A program made the position numbers and the translations under genes. A stretch of 64,000 nucleotides of DNA from the NCBI GenBank assembly GCA_044341385.1, contig JBIIRW010000001.1:1431-65430 (forward strand), written 5' to 3'. The DNA is from Sediminibacterium sp. (lineage in GTDB: Bacteria; Bacteroidota; Bacteroidia; Chitinophagales; Chitinophagaceae). The notes below the pieces were generated by a model that did no database searches, was not told the DNA's origin, and was given only the letters and a program-made list of their open reading frames with translations. Positions 51,926 through 62,410 of this stretch are shown here, piece by piece; the first letter of the stretch is position 1, and every line of letters begins with the position of its first letter.

Positions 51926-53014
51926 TTGAAAATCTTATTTATTGCGCCACTGCCTCCCCCAATTACCGGACACTCTCTTGTATCAGAGTTTTTAGTAAAT
52001 TTTCTTAAACAGAATGATGATGTTAAAATAGTTAACCTTAGCAAAGAAAATATTGATCAAAGTTCTGGAGGAATAAAAAGAATTTTTCAAGTATTTAACA
52101 TACTCTTTCAAATTTATAAAGAAAAAAAAAACATCGATGTCATTTACTTTACAATATCCGAGTCATTTGCAGGTAATTTAAAGGACCTCTTGATTTATTT
52201 AATTTGTTTTAATAAATTAAACAAGATATTTATTCATTTACATGGCGGCAGTATAAAAAAACTACTTTGGGATAAAAATAATTTTATTTTTAATTTGAAT
52301 AAATTTTTTATAAAGAAACTTTCGGGTGTAATTATTTCCGGTAACTCTCATTTAGAAATATTCGATGGATTAATTGCTAATAGTAAGATAAAAATTGTTC
52401 CAAATTTTGCTCAAGAAAGTTTATTTATTTCCGAATCTGATTTAAAATTAAAATTTACAACCATTAATCCATTAAGGTTGCTATACATTGGTGGATTAAT
52501 TGAAAAGAAAGGTTATCTTGAATTAACTAGAGCATTTATTGAACTTCCATACGAAATCAAGAGTAAATTTGTTTTACATATTGCAGGAAAGTTTGAATCT
52601 AAATCCGCCGAATTAAATTTTCACGATTTAATTAAAAATATTGAAGGTGTAACCTACCATGGAATAATTGATGAGGCTACTAAAAAAAGCTTGCTTCATT
52701 CTGCTCATGTTTTTTGTTTACCAACTTCATTTTTAGAAGGCCAGCCAATTTCAATTTTAGAAGCATATGCATCAGGATGTTTTGTTTTAACAACACCTCA
52801 ACCCGGAATATTAGATATTTTTAAAAATAATTTAAATGGATTCTGTATTTCTGAGAGGAGTGTCCTTTCTGTTAAGGATGCTTTAATAATGGTTCTTAAT
52901 AGGTCATCCGAAATAGAGAATATAGCAAACAATAATCTGTTGGTTGCATGTGATAATTACAAATTAGACAAATATGTCAATTCGATAAGAAGTTTTTTAA
53001 GTTTTAAAAAATAA
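51926..53014 (+). CDS. Glycosyltransferase family 4
   Basis: PLPPPITG, HLHGG, EKKGY, EGQPISILEA. Confidence 0.9.
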   Translation: MKILFIAPLPPPITGHSLVSEFLVNFLKQNDDVKIVNLSKENIDQSSGGIKRIFQVFNILFQIYKEKKNIDVIYFTISESFAGNLKDLLIYLICFNKLNKIFIHLHGGSIKKLLWDKNNFIFNLNKFFIKKLSGVIISGNSHLEIFDGLIANSKIKIVPNFAQESLFISESDLKLKFTTINPLRLLYIGGLIEKKGYLELTRAFIELPYEIKSKFVLHIAGKFESKSAELNFHDLIKNIEGVTYHGIIDEATKKSLLHSAHVFCLPTSFLEGQPISILEAYASGCFVLTTPQPGILDIFKNNLNGFCISERSVLSVKDALIMVLNRSSEIENIANNNLLVACDNYKLDKYVNSIRSFLSFKK

Positions 53015-53018
53015 AATT

Positions 53019-53732
53019 ATGAATAAAAGAGCAGTTATACTAGCTGGAGGTAAAGGAACAAGGCTAAGACCATATACAATAGTGTTACCTAAGCCATTGA
53101 TGCCTATAGGAGAGTATCCAATTCTTGAATTAGTAATAAGGCAATTGGTAAATCATGGGTTCGATCATATTACAATCGCTGTTAACCATCAAGCAGAACT
53201 CATCAAAGCATTTTTTAATGATGGGGCTAAATGGAATGTAAAAATTGATTATTCATTAGAAAACAGTCCTTTGGGTACGATGGCGCCGTTAAAATTGATT
53301 AAAGATCTACCCACGAATTTTTTAGTAATGAACGGCGATATTTTAACCGATCTAGATTATTCTTCGTTTTATTCAAAGCATGTTGATAATAAATATTTAT
53401 TTTCTATTTCTTCATATAAAAGAGAAAATAAAATTGATTATGGTGTTTTAGAAACAAATATGAATGGTGAATTAACTGGTTTTGTCGAAAAACCTACTAC
53501 TTCATTTGAAGTTAGTATGGGTATTTATCTAATTAATAAAGAAGCTCTATCATATATACCAGACAATCAATCATTCGGATTTGACGACTTAATGCATAAA
53601 TTGCTAGAAAATAATAAAACCGTAATGGTAAATTCTTTTGCAGGTTATTGGTTGGACATTGGAAGACCTGATGACTATATGCAGGCCATAGAAGAGTTTG
53701 GTAAAATGAAAAATAAGTTTATAAATGAATAA
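53019..53732 (+). CDS. Sugar-phosphate nucleotidyltransferase
   Basis: ILAGGKGTRLRPYT..LPKPL, VMNGDILT, WLDIGRPDDY. Confidence 0.92.
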   Translation: MNKRAVILAGGKGTRLRPYTIVLPKPLMPIGEYPILELVIRQLVNHGFDHITIAVNHQAELIKAFFNDGAKWNVKIDYSLENSPLGTMAPLKLIKDLPTNFLVMNGDILTDLDYSSFYSKHVDNKYLFSISSYKRENKIDYGVLETNMNGELTGFVEKPTTSFEVSMGIYLINKEALSYIPDNQSFGFDDLMHKLLENNKTVMVNSFAGYWLDIGRPDDYMQAIEEFGKMKNKFINE

Positions 53733-54573
53733 TATTCTTGTAACTGGAGCTGCAGGTTTTATTGGCAGCCATCTTGTAGATACATTATATAAAAGTAGTG
53801 ATAATTTTTTTGCAGCTTCAAGAAGTAATGGTGATATATCTTTAAACCAAACATGGAAAAATTTCCCTGATTGTAATATAGTTGTACACCTTGCAGGAAA
53901 ATCATTCGTTCCTGAAAGCTGGGCAAATTTTCATAGTTATGCTGAAGCAAATTTGTTAAGCACTATTTCAGCTTTAGAGTATTGTAGGCAAAGAAGAGCA
54001 AAACTTATTTATTTAAGTTCATATATGTATGGAAATCCACCCTATTTGCCCATATCCGAAAATATGCCAGTTGTTGTTCAGAATCCATATGCATTAACAA
54101 AAAGATGGGCCGAAGATTCATGTGAGTTTTATTCTAATCATTACGATATCCCTATTACAATTATCAGGCCCTTCAATGTTTACGGGCCTGGTCAATCGTC
54201 AAATTTTTTGGTACCGCATTTAATAAGTCAATTAAAACTTGGAAAAGAAATTAGGGTAAAAGATTTAGCACCAAAACGTGATTATGTGTATATTCATGAT
54301 TTAATAAGTGCAATCATTAAGGCTATTAAAATAGATCTTGGATATGAAATTTTCAATATTGGCTCTGGTAAGAGCTATTCGGTGAAAGAAATTATTTCTA
54401 TGGTTCAGGAAATATATGGATCAAGTCTGCCAGTTTTCTCTGAAGAATCTGAAAGAAAAAGCGAAATAATGGATACAATTGCAGATATCTCCAAAGCAAA
54501 TAAATTATTAAATTGGTCTCCTTATTGTGACATATACAATGGTTTGCAAAAAACAATTGAAAGTATTAATTAA
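53725..54573 (+). CDS. NAD-dependent epimerase/dehydratase
   Basis: GAAGFIG, NPYALTK, RPFNVYGPGQ. Confidence 0.88.
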   Translation: MNNILVTGAAGFIGSHLVDTLYKSSDNFFAASRSNGDISLNQTWKNFPDCNIVVHLAGKSFVPESWANFHSYAEANLLSTISALEYCRQRRAKLIYLSSYMYGNPPYLPISENMPVVVQNPYALTKRWAEDSCEFYSNHYDIPITIIRPFNVYGPGQSSNFLVPHLISQLKLGKEIRVKDLAPKRDYVYIHDLISAIIKAIKIDLGYEIFNIGSGKSYSVKEIISMVQEIYGSSLPVFSEESERKSEIMDTIADISKANKLLNWSPYCDIYNGLQKTIESIN

Positions 54574-54752
54574 TTATTAGCAAACTGTGAATTGCATTTT
54601 AACTATTAATGTTAACAAAAAATTAGTACCCTTTTATTTTTTTAATGTTAAAAAATCATATCACCATAAGAATCTAATTATATTCAACAAAATTAATTGG
54701 TAATAAATTTTCTTTATAACCGGATAACCTTTTTAATAAAAAATATAATAAA

Positions 54753-55964
54753 ATGCACATAATAGATATCGAAAAATTTGTAAAAAAGTATATTACTAAA
54801 AGAGAGATAAGTTTATTTGAAAGTGATATTCAAAATAATCATGAACTATTGACGTCTAAAATAGAAGGCAAATCCGTCCTTGTTATTGGTGGAGCAGGTA
54901 CAATTGGTACTTCCTTCATAAAAGCCGTTCTTTGTTTTAAACCTGGGAAACTCGTAGTAGTAGACACTAATGAAAACGGACTCACAGAGCTTACTCGTGA
55001 TTTACGAAGTACTAAGGGACAGTTTATTCCTGAGGAATATATAACATATCCTATGAATTTTGGAGATCCTGTATTTTATAAAATGTTTAAAGCAAATAAG
55101 TCATTTCAAATAGTTGCTAATTTCGCAGCTCACAAACACGTTAGAACTGAAAAAGATCAATTTTCTATTGAAGCAATGATTGAGAATAATGTTATACGAG
55201 CTAAACATTTTCTTGACTTATTAATGGAAAACAAGCCAGAATATTTTTTTTGTGTTTCTACTGATAAAGCAGCAAGACCAGTTAATGTAATGGGGGCAAC
55301 GAAAAAAATAATGGAAGAAGTAATAATGGCATATAGTAAGGAGTTTCATATTACCACCGCTCGCTTTGCAAATGTTGCTTTTTCTAGTGGCTCATTGTTG
55401 GATGGCTACTTACATAGAATTACTAAAAATCAACCAATTTCTTGTCCATCAGACGTCAAGCGTTTCTTTGTTTCGCCAGAAGAAAGCGGACAAATTTGTA
55501 TGTTAGCCTGCTTGTTAGGAAACTCAGGTGATGTATTTTTCCCAAAAATCGACTCAAAGGAAATGGTGAATTTTAAAGAAATCACTTTCAATTTCTTTAA
55601 TGCCATCGGACGCAATTTACATGAATGCTCTTCAGAAGAAGAAGCAAAACAAATGACATGTTCTATAAGTGATGATAAGTTATATCCAGTCTTTTTTTTT
55701 GAATCAAACACCTCGGGGGAGAAATTGTACGAAGAGTTTTATACAGAAGATGATATACTTGATAATGAAAGTTATGAAAGTTTAGGAGTAATCAAAAATG
55801 CCAAGCGTATAACTTTAATAGAGGCAAATAGTTGTTTAAATGAGATTAAGAGCATATTCTCTGAAAAAAATTATTCAAAAGAATCTATTATTAGTGTCTT
55901 AAAACGTTATCTTATTGATTTTCAGCATATTGAAACGGGTAAATCTTTGGATGAAAAAATGTAG
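54753..55964 (+). CDS. Soluble UDP-GlcNAc 4,6-dehydratase (Polysacc_synt_2 family)
   Basis: GGAGTIG, NFAAHKHVR.EKD, VSTDKAARPVNVMGATK, ARFANVAFS, GEKLYEEF. Confidence 0.88.
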   Translation: MHIIDIEKFVKKYITKREISLFESDIQNNHELLTSKIEGKSVLVIGGAGTIGTSFIKAVLCFKPGKLVVVDTNENGLTELTRDLRSTKGQFIPEEYITYPMNFGDPVFYKMFKANKSFQIVANFAAHKHVRTEKDQFSIEAMIENNVIRAKHFLDLLMENKPEYFFCVSTDKAARPVNVMGATKKIMEEVIMAYSKEFHITTARFANVAFSSGSLLDGYLHRITKNQPISCPSDVKRFFVSPEESGQICMLACLLGNSGDVFFPKIDSKEMVNFKEITFNFFNAIGRNLHECSSEEEAKQMTCSISDDKLYPVFFFESNTSGEKLYEEFYTEDDILDNESYESLGVIKNAKRITLIEANSCLNEIKSIFSEKNYSKESIISVLKRYLIDFQHIETGKSLDEKM

Positions 55965-56464
55965 TACTTACAATTTTTTTATAAATAATTTTGATTTAAA
56001 TATTTCACGGTTATCTGTAAACTTTAGTGTAAAAGTCGTTATGTGGTTATCCCATACATCTAATTTGAAAAGTCTACACGTAATGTCTATATTAAATACT
56101 TTAACCGCAGTTACCTTCAAAGATTACTAACACATATTTGTTTAAAATATTATAGCAAATAAGAGAATAATCCGCCATCTTGGTAAATTATTAAATTGCT
56201 TAAAGACAGCACAACGCATCAGGCGGCCTATTGCCAATAATTTTTAGAAAAAAGTGTAAAAACTAGTTTTTCATTTGCTCCGTTCTTATTCCACTTCTGT
56301 CCACTTCGAAGGGAAATGAACAATATCAGTAAGAAATAAAAAATATAGTGTAATTTTAAATTGTACTTGGATGAGGAACATTAAGTGGAATTCGAGAGTA
56401 GGACAGTCTTTCTTAAACTAATACCTATTTACTAACCAAAAGATTTATTGTTAATTGAAATAAC

Positions 56465-57613
56465 ATGAAAAAAAGAACAGATAATATTCAAATATGTACG
56501 AACTGTGTAATGGATTCAACTGATCCGACGATTGTATTTGATGAAAAAGGAGTTTGTGATTATTGTCTTAATTATTATACTAATATTCTTCCTAATTGGC
56601 ATACCGATGAAAGGGGAAGATCAAGTATTATGAAGGTTGTTGAAAGGATCAAGTCAGAAGGTATAAATAAGGAATATGATTGTATGATTGGTATAAGTGG
56701 CGGATTAGATAGTAGTTTTCTTGCACATGTTGCTGTTAAAGATTTTGGCTTACGTCCATTATTTTTTCATGTGGATGCTGGCTGGAATTCTGACATTTCT
56801 ACTAGCAACATTCAAAAATTAATTGATGGACTGGGAGTTGATCTTTATACAGAGGTAGTAAACTGGGATGAAATGAAAGACCTTCAACGTGCTTTTATTA
56901 AATCACAAGTTCCAGATATTGACACGCCTCAGGATTTAGTTTTCTTTTCATCGCTATATAACTATGCTGCTAAAAATGGTCACAAATATATTATTACAGG
57001 AGGCAATTTTTCTACTGAATGCGTGAGAGAACCTCTGGCATGGGGAGCATATTATCAAACCGACATGGTATATGTTAATGAAATTCATAAAAAATTTGGA
57101 GAAAGAAAACTTGTTACCTTCCCTAGATGCGACATCTTTAAATATAAAATCTTGTATAGGTTTTTTTACGGAATACGTGTTGTAAAACCACTAGACAGTA
57201 TCCCTTTTGTTAAAAAGGAAGCTGAAAAGCTGTTAAATGATCTTTATGGCTGGCAAGGATATCAACACAAGCATCATGAATCTCGCTTTACAAGATTTTA
57301 TGAATCTTTCTGGTTGCCGAAAAAATTTGGATTTGACAAAAGGAAAAATCATCTCTCTAGCTTAATATTAACTGGACAAGCGGATAGAGCGGAGGTATTA
57401 GATCGAATTTCAAGGCTAGAACTTCCAGAAGAAGAACTTATGTTGGAGTTTGATTATGTTGCAAAAAAACTTGACTTTACAAATAATGAATTATGGAGTT
57501 ACTTTAATGCTCCTAACAAAACCTTTAAAGATTATAAAAATAATTACAAATTAATCCAACTTGGTACAAAGTTTTTGCAGTTATTAGGGTTGGAGAAAAG
57601 AGCATTCAAATAA
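56465..57613 (+). CDS. wbuX: N-acetyl sugar amidotransferase (PP-loop, WbuX/WbpG family)
   Basis: CTNCVMD...GVCDYC, IGISGGLDSS, HVDAGWNS, KHHESRFT. Confidence 0.9.
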   Translation: MKKRTDNIQICTNCVMDSTDPTIVFDEKGVCDYCLNYYTNILPNWHTDERGRSSIMKVVERIKSEGINKEYDCMIGISGGLDSSFLAHVAVKDFGLRPLFFHVDAGWNSDISTSNIQKLIDGLGVDLYTEVVNWDEMKDLQRAFIKSQVPDIDTPQDLVFFSSLYNYAAKNGHKYIITGGNFSTECVREPLAWGAYYQTDMVYVNEIHKKFGERKLVTFPRCDIFKYKILYRFFYGIRVVKPLDSIPFVKKEAEKLLNDLYGWQGYQHKHHESRFTRFYESFWLPKKFGFDKRKNHLSSLILTGQADRAEVLDRISRLELPEEELMLEFDYVAKKLDFTNNELWSYFNAPNKTFKDYKNNYKLIQLGTKFLQLLGLEKRAFK

Positions 57614-58236
57614 TGATTGGAATAATTGACTATGGAGTTGGTAATATTAATGCATTTATTAATATTTTAAAACAAATAGGGGTCCCTTACAAAAGAGTAA
57701 GTAATGAAAGTGAACTTGTTAATGTTCAAAAGTTAATATTACCCGGTGTTGGACATTTTGATTATGCTATGAAGCGATTTCAAGATTCTGGCATGATAGA
57801 TAAAATCAATAAAATGGTTTTACAGCAGAATACCCCGGTACTGGGTGTTTGTGTTGGGATGCAAATGATGGCTAATAATAGTGATGAGGGAATATTGCCT
57901 GGATTAGGATGGATTAATGCTGAGGTAAAAAAGTTTGATTCTACTCAATTAATAGGAAACGAGCCGTTGCCTTTGCCTCACATGGGGTGGAATGATATAA
58001 CCTTAGAAAAGTTTTCGCCTATCTTATCAGGACTTGAGAATAATTCACATTTTTATTTTTTACATTCATTTTATTTTGTTTGTCATGTAGATAGTGATAG
58101 GATTGCAACCGCAAATTATGGTTCGAATTTTACATGCGTCGCAAATCATAAAAACGTATTTGGTGTTCAGTTTCATCCTGAAAAAAGCCATAATTATGGA
58201 ATTAAACTTTTAAAAAATTTCTCAGAAATATGTTAA
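57613..58236 (+). CDS. hisH: HisH-like glutaminase subunit (WbuY)
   Basis: IIDYGVGN, LPGVG, GVCVGMQ, PHMGWN, GVQFHPEKS. Confidence 0.92.
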   Translation: MIGIIDYGVGNINAFINILKQIGVPYKRVSNESELVNVQKLILPGVGHFDYAMKRFQDSGMIDKINKMVLQQNTPVLGVCVGMQMMANNSDEGILPGLGWINAEVKKFDSTQLIGNEPLPLPHMGWNDITLEKFSPILSGLENNSHFYFLHSFYFVCHVDSDRIATANYGSNFTCVANHKNVFGVQFHPEKSHNYGIKLLKNFSEIC

Positions 58237-59006
58237 AGCCCCGCATAATAGCCAGCCTTTTGATCAAAGACGGTGGTTTAGTAAAAACTACAAATTTCAA
58301 AGAGCCTCGCTATTTAGGCGATCCAATGAATGCCGTAAGGATTTTTAATGAAAAGGAAGTTGATGAGCTATCAGTTTTTGACATATCTGCAACTGTGAAT
58401 AGCAGCGGTCCAAACTTTAAGATGATTGAAAATTTAGCGTCTGAATGCAGAATGCCGTTGTGCTATGGAGGAGGTATTAAAAGTGTAGTAGAGGCTCAGC
58501 AAATCTTTTCTTTAGGTGTTGAGAAAATAGCGATTAGTAGTTCTGCAATTTACAACCCTGCTTTGATTACGGAGCTTTCAAATAAGGTAGGCGCTCAATC
58601 TGTTGTTGTTGTTCTGGATTTTAAAAAAAATTTTCTTGGAGGTTATAGCATTTATACCCATAATGGAACTAAGAGTGTTAATAAAAATCCTTTTGAATTT
58701 ATTAAAGAATTACAGTTGTTAGGCGCAGGCGAAATTGTACTAAATAATATAGATCAAGATGGCATGATGAATGGCTATGATTTTTCATTAGTTGAAAAAG
58801 TCAGAAATGTAACTACTCTCCCAATGACCGTTATAGGTGGCGCTGGGAATATGGCAGACATAGGTAAACTCATTAAAAAGTTTGGGATTATAGGATCCGC
58901 CGCCGCAAGTATTTTTGTCTACAAAGGTAAACTGAAGGGCGTTTTAATTAATTATCCAAGTAGCGAAGAAAAGACAATGCTATTAAAAGAATATTTAAAA
59001 TTTTAA
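58230..59006 (+). CDS. hisF: HisF-like subunit (WbuZ/HisF2)
   Basis: RIIASLLI, LVKTTNF..PRYLGDPMNAVRIFNEKEVDEL, YGGGI. Confidence 0.9.
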   Translation: MLKPRIIASLLIKDGGLVKTTNFKEPRYLGDPMNAVRIFNEKEVDELSVFDISATVNSSGPNFKMIENLASECRMPLCYGGGIKSVVEAQQIFSLGVEKIAISSSAIYNPALITELSNKVGAQSVVVVLDFKKNFLGGYSIYTHNGTKSVNKNPFEFIKELQLLGAGEIVLNNIDQDGMMNGYDFSLVEKVRNVTTLPMTVIGGAGNMADIGKLIKKFGIIGSAAASIFVYKGKLKGVLINYPSSEEKTMLLKEYLKF

Positions 59007-59043
59007 TTTTAGATATTAATTACAAAAAAAATACAAAAAAAGT

Positions 59044-60084
59044 ATGAAAATAAATAATAAAATACTTCTAATAACAGGTGGTACAGGCTCATTTGGAAAT
59101 GCTGTACTTCAACGATTTTTAAATACAGATCATTTTTCGGAAATCAGGATTTTGTCTCGTGATGAGAAAAAGCAAGATGATATGCGAAATGAATTGAAGA
59201 ATCCTAAACTAAAATTTTTTATTGGTGATGTGAGAGACTTCAATTCTATTGAGCCAGCAACAAGGGGGGGGGTAGATTATATTTTTCATGCTGCAGCTTT
59301 AAAGCAAGTTCCATCATGTGAATTTTTTCCTATGGAGGCTGTTAAAACTAATGTATTAGGTACTCAAAATGTAATTCGAGCAGCTGGTCAAAATGGTGTC
59401 AAAAAAGTAATTTGTTTGAGTACAGATAAAGCTGCATATCCAATCAATGCAATGGGTATTTCTAAAGCTATGATGGAAAAAGTTGCAATTTCGGAAGCCC
59501 GAAATTTAGAAAAGACAACTGTATGTTTGACTCGTTATGGTAATGTTATGGCGTCCAGAGGTTCAGTCATACCTCTTTTTATCAAACAATTGAAAGAAAA
59601 TAGACCTCTAACTATTACTGATCCGAAAATGACTAGGTTTATGATGAGTTTAAATGACGCTGTCGAATTAGTACTTTTTGCTTTTGAAAATGGCAATTCA
59701 GGTGATTTATTTGTTAATAAGGCACCAGCGACATCTATTGGTAATCTTGCTGAAGCATTAAAACAAATGGCAAATTCGGGTTCTCCAATCAACATTATTG
59801 GCACTCGACATGGCGAAAAACTTTACGAAACACTTTGTACACGTGAAGAAATGATGAAAGCTGAAGATATGGGCGAATTTTATAGAATACCTGCAGATAA
59901 CAGAGATCTAAATTATGCTATGTATTTCTCTAAAGGTGAGCGAGATATGAATGAAGTATTAGATTACCATTCTCATAATACTACTCAGTTAAATATAGAA
60001 GAGACTAAAACGTTATTATCGAATTTGAGTTATGTAAAAAAGGAACTATTGGGTCAAGATATACATGATTATTTAGTATTATAG
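59044..60084 (+). CDS. fnlA: UDP-GlcNAc 4,6-dehydratase/5-epimerase (FnlA/CapE/WbjB)
   Basis: GGTGSFG, SRDEKKQDDMR, HAAALKQVPSCEFFP, RYGNVMASRGSVIP. Confidence 0.95.
   Translation: MKINNKILLITGGTGSFGNAVLQRFLNTDHFSEIRILSRDEKKQDDMRNELKNPKLKFFIGDVRDFNSIEPATRGGVDYIFHAAALKQVPSCEFFPMEAVKTNVLGTQNVIRAAGQNGVKKVICLSTDKAAYPINAMGISKAMMEKVAISEARNLEKTTVCLTRYGNVMASRGSVIPLFIKQLKENRPLTITDPKMTRFMMSLNDAVELVLFAFENGNSGDLFVNKAPATSIGNLAEALKQMANSGSPINIIGTRHGEKLYETLCTREEMMKAEDMGEFYRIPADNRDLNYAMYFSKGERDMNEVLDYHSHNTTQLNIEETKTLLSNLSYVKKELLGQDIHDYLVL
59264..59272 (+). repeat. G9 homopolymer inside fnlA
   Basis: acaaGGGGGGGGGtagat, read as T-R-G-G-V-D. Confidence 0.8.
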
Positions 60085-60125
60085 ATTATCTTATCTATTT
60101 GTATAGAAATCAAATAAATTATTAG

Positions 60126-61247
60126 TTGAAAAGAAAAGTTGGAATTACCGGTAAAAATGGTTTTGTAGGTTATCATCTATATCAACAATTCAAATACAGT
60201 TATCAGGAATTTGAATTGGTTGAATTTGAGCGATCATATTTTGATGATGAAACGAAATTAGATAATTTCGTTTCTCAATGCGATATTATTGTTCACTTGG
60301 CAGCGGTGAACCGACATGAAAGCCAAGAAAAATTATATAACATCAATCTTTCATTAGCTCGTAAGCTAATTGACTCCTTATTTAGAACAGAATCTGAATG
60401 TCACGTGATCATTACATCTTCAACTCAAGAGGAAAAGGATAATCACTATGGTGCATCGAAACGCGAAACAAGAGAATTATTTTCAAATTGGGCAAACCAG
60501 ACTAAATCAAATTTTACAGGAATGATCATTCCGAATGTATTTGGCCCATTTGGTTTGCCATTTTACAATTCAGTAGTTGCTACTTTTTGCTATCAATTAA
60601 CAAATAATAAATTACCACAAATTGAAGTTGACGGTAAATTAAGTCTCATATATGTTGGTGATTTAGTTCGTGAAATAATTGAAAAAATCCAGCAAAAAGA
60701 CAACACGCACAAATGTGAGGTTAAACCTGGTGCAATCCAAACAGTTTCCGAAATTTTAAAAGTATTAAAAACATTCAAGGATACATATCTAACTAAAGGA
60801 GAAATTCCGGAATTGAGTACAAATTATCATGTACAATTATTCAATACATTTAGGTCATATATAGACATCAAAACCTATTTTCCAAAGTATCATGTAGAAC
60901 ATAAAGATAATAGAGGTTCTTTTGTAGAAATAATAAGAAACGGGACATCTGGTCAAACATCATACTCCACAACATTACCTGAGATTACAAGAGGTAACCA
61001 TTTTCACACAAGAAAAATAGAGCGTTTCACGGTAATTCAAGGTAAAGCTCTCATTCAATTAAGAAGAGTTGGAACTAGTGATATCGTTAATTTTGAATTA
61101 GATGGCGATCAACCATCTTTCGTTGATATGCCTGTTTGGTACACACATAATATTAAAAATATTGGAGAATCTGCATTACTTACGGTTTTTTGGATAAATG
61201 AACCTTTTGATCCTGCAGACCCAGATACCTATTTTGAAATTGTATAG
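60126..61247 (+). CDS. fnlB: FnlB/CapF/WbjC, full length (SDR + cupin)
   Basis: NVFGPF..PFYNSVVATFC; DNRGSFVE, TRGNHFHTRKIERF, PVWYTHNI, DPDTYFE. Confidence 0.92.
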   Translation: MKRKVGITGKNGFVGYHLYQQFKYSYQEFELVEFERSYFDDETKLDNFVSQCDIIVHLAAVNRHESQEKLYNINLSLARKLIDSLFRTESECHVIITSSTQEEKDNHYGASKRETRELFSNWANQTKSNFTGMIIPNVFGPFGLPFYNSVVATFCYQLTNNKLPQIEVDGKLSLIYVGDLVREIIEKIQQKDNTHKCEVKPGAIQTVSEILKVLKTFKDTYLTKGEIPELSTNYHVQLFNTFRSYIDIKTYFPKYHVEHKDNRGSFVEIIRNGTSGQTSYSTTLPEITRGNHFHTRKIERFTVIQGKALIQLRRVGTSDIVNFELDGDQPSFVDMPVWYTHNIKNIGESALLTVFWINEPFDPADPDTYFEIV

Positions 61248-62393
61248 ATGAAAAAACTAAAAGTAATGACAGTGGTCGGTACACGACCAGAAATTATCCG
61301 CTTATCAAGAGTGATGGCAGCATTGGATAAAAGTGAGGCGATCGAACATATTACTGTTCATACCGGACAAAACTACGATTTTGAACTTAATGAAGTTTTC
61401 TACAGCGATTTAGGAATCAGAAAACCAGACTACTTTTTGAATGCGGCAGGAGAAACAGCTACTGCAACGATTGGTCAAATCTTGGTAAATATTGACCCTC
61501 TTTTAGAGCAGTTACAACCGGATGCCTTTTTGGTGTTAGGTGATACAAACTCTTGTTTGTGTGCAATCCCTGCCAAAAAACGTAAAATTCCAATTTTTCA
61601 TATGGAAGCTGGTAATAGATGTTTTGACCAAAGAGTACCAGAGGAAACCAATCGAAAAATTGTAGATCACATATCTGATATTAACTTAACATATTCTGAC
61701 ATTGCACGAGAATATCTATTAAAAGAGGGTTTGCCAGCAGATAGGATCATCAAAACTGGTTCACCTATGTTTGAGGTTATTAATTTTTATATGGATCAAA
61801 TCCTTAATAGCAGCGTATTATCAGATTTTAGTCTAGAAAAAAATAGGTTTTTCGTAGTTTCTGCTCACAGAGAAGAGAATATAAGTAGTGATACTAGTTT
61901 TTCTAATTTATTAGAATCTTTGAATCAAATTGCAGAAAAATATGGCTATCCAATCATTGTAAGCACACATCCACGAACGCGCAAGAAATTAGAGATTTTA
62001 CAAAATACAAACGCTATAGATTTGAATCCACTAATTCAATGGCAAAAACCTCTGGGTTTCTCTGATTATAATGCTCTACAGATGGATGCTTATGCTGTGC
62101 TTTCAGATAGTGGTACAATCAGTGAAGAGTCTTCCATTTTAAACTTCAGAGCATTGAACATACGTGAAGCTCATGAAAGACCTGAGGCCATGGAAGAAGC
62201 CTCAGTCATGATGGTTGGATTAGAGCCAGAATGTATTTTACGCGGTCTAGTCCAGCTTGAGCAGCAGAATACTGGCAATGAAAGAAACTACCGACCTGTT
62301 CCTGATTACTCAATGCCCAATGTATCTGATAAAGTAATTCGAATTATTTTAAGTTACACAAATTATGTCAACCGAGTTGTTTGGCGTAAATAA
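61248..62393 (+). CDS. fnlC: UDP-N-acetylhexosamine 2-epimerase (FnlC/CapG/WbjD)
   Basis: VGTRPEIIRL, HTGQNYD, HMEAGNRCFD, SDSGTISEE. Confidence 0.94.
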   Translation: MKKLKVMTVVGTRPEIIRLSRVMAALDKSEAIEHITVHTGQNYDFELNEVFYSDLGIRKPDYFLNAAGETATATIGQILVNIDPLLEQLQPDAFLVLGDTNSCLCAIPAKKRKIPIFHMEAGNRCFDQRVPEETNRKIVDHISDINLTYSDIAREYLLKEGLPADRIIKTGSPMFEVINFYMDQILNSSVLSDFSLEKNRFFVVSAHREENISSDTSFSNLLESLNQIAEKYGYPIIVSTHPRTRKKLEILQNTNAIDLNPLIQWQKPLGFSDYNALQMDAYAVLSDSGTISEESSILNFRALNIREAHERPEAMEEASVMMVGLEPECILRGLVQLEQQNTGNERNYRPVPDYSMPNVSDKVIRIILSYTNYVNRVVWRK

Positions 62394-62410
62394 AATTAGA
62401 TTTAAGTAGT

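Noticed and set aside
52122-52131. A10 run in a GT4 gene (also T9 at 55692-55700)
   Set aside because: A/T runs are expected in very AT-rich genes and the frames are intact; much weaker than the G tracts.
57613-59006. Histidine biosynthesis operon
   Set aside because: No other his genes; context with wbuX indicates ammonia supply for sugar modification.
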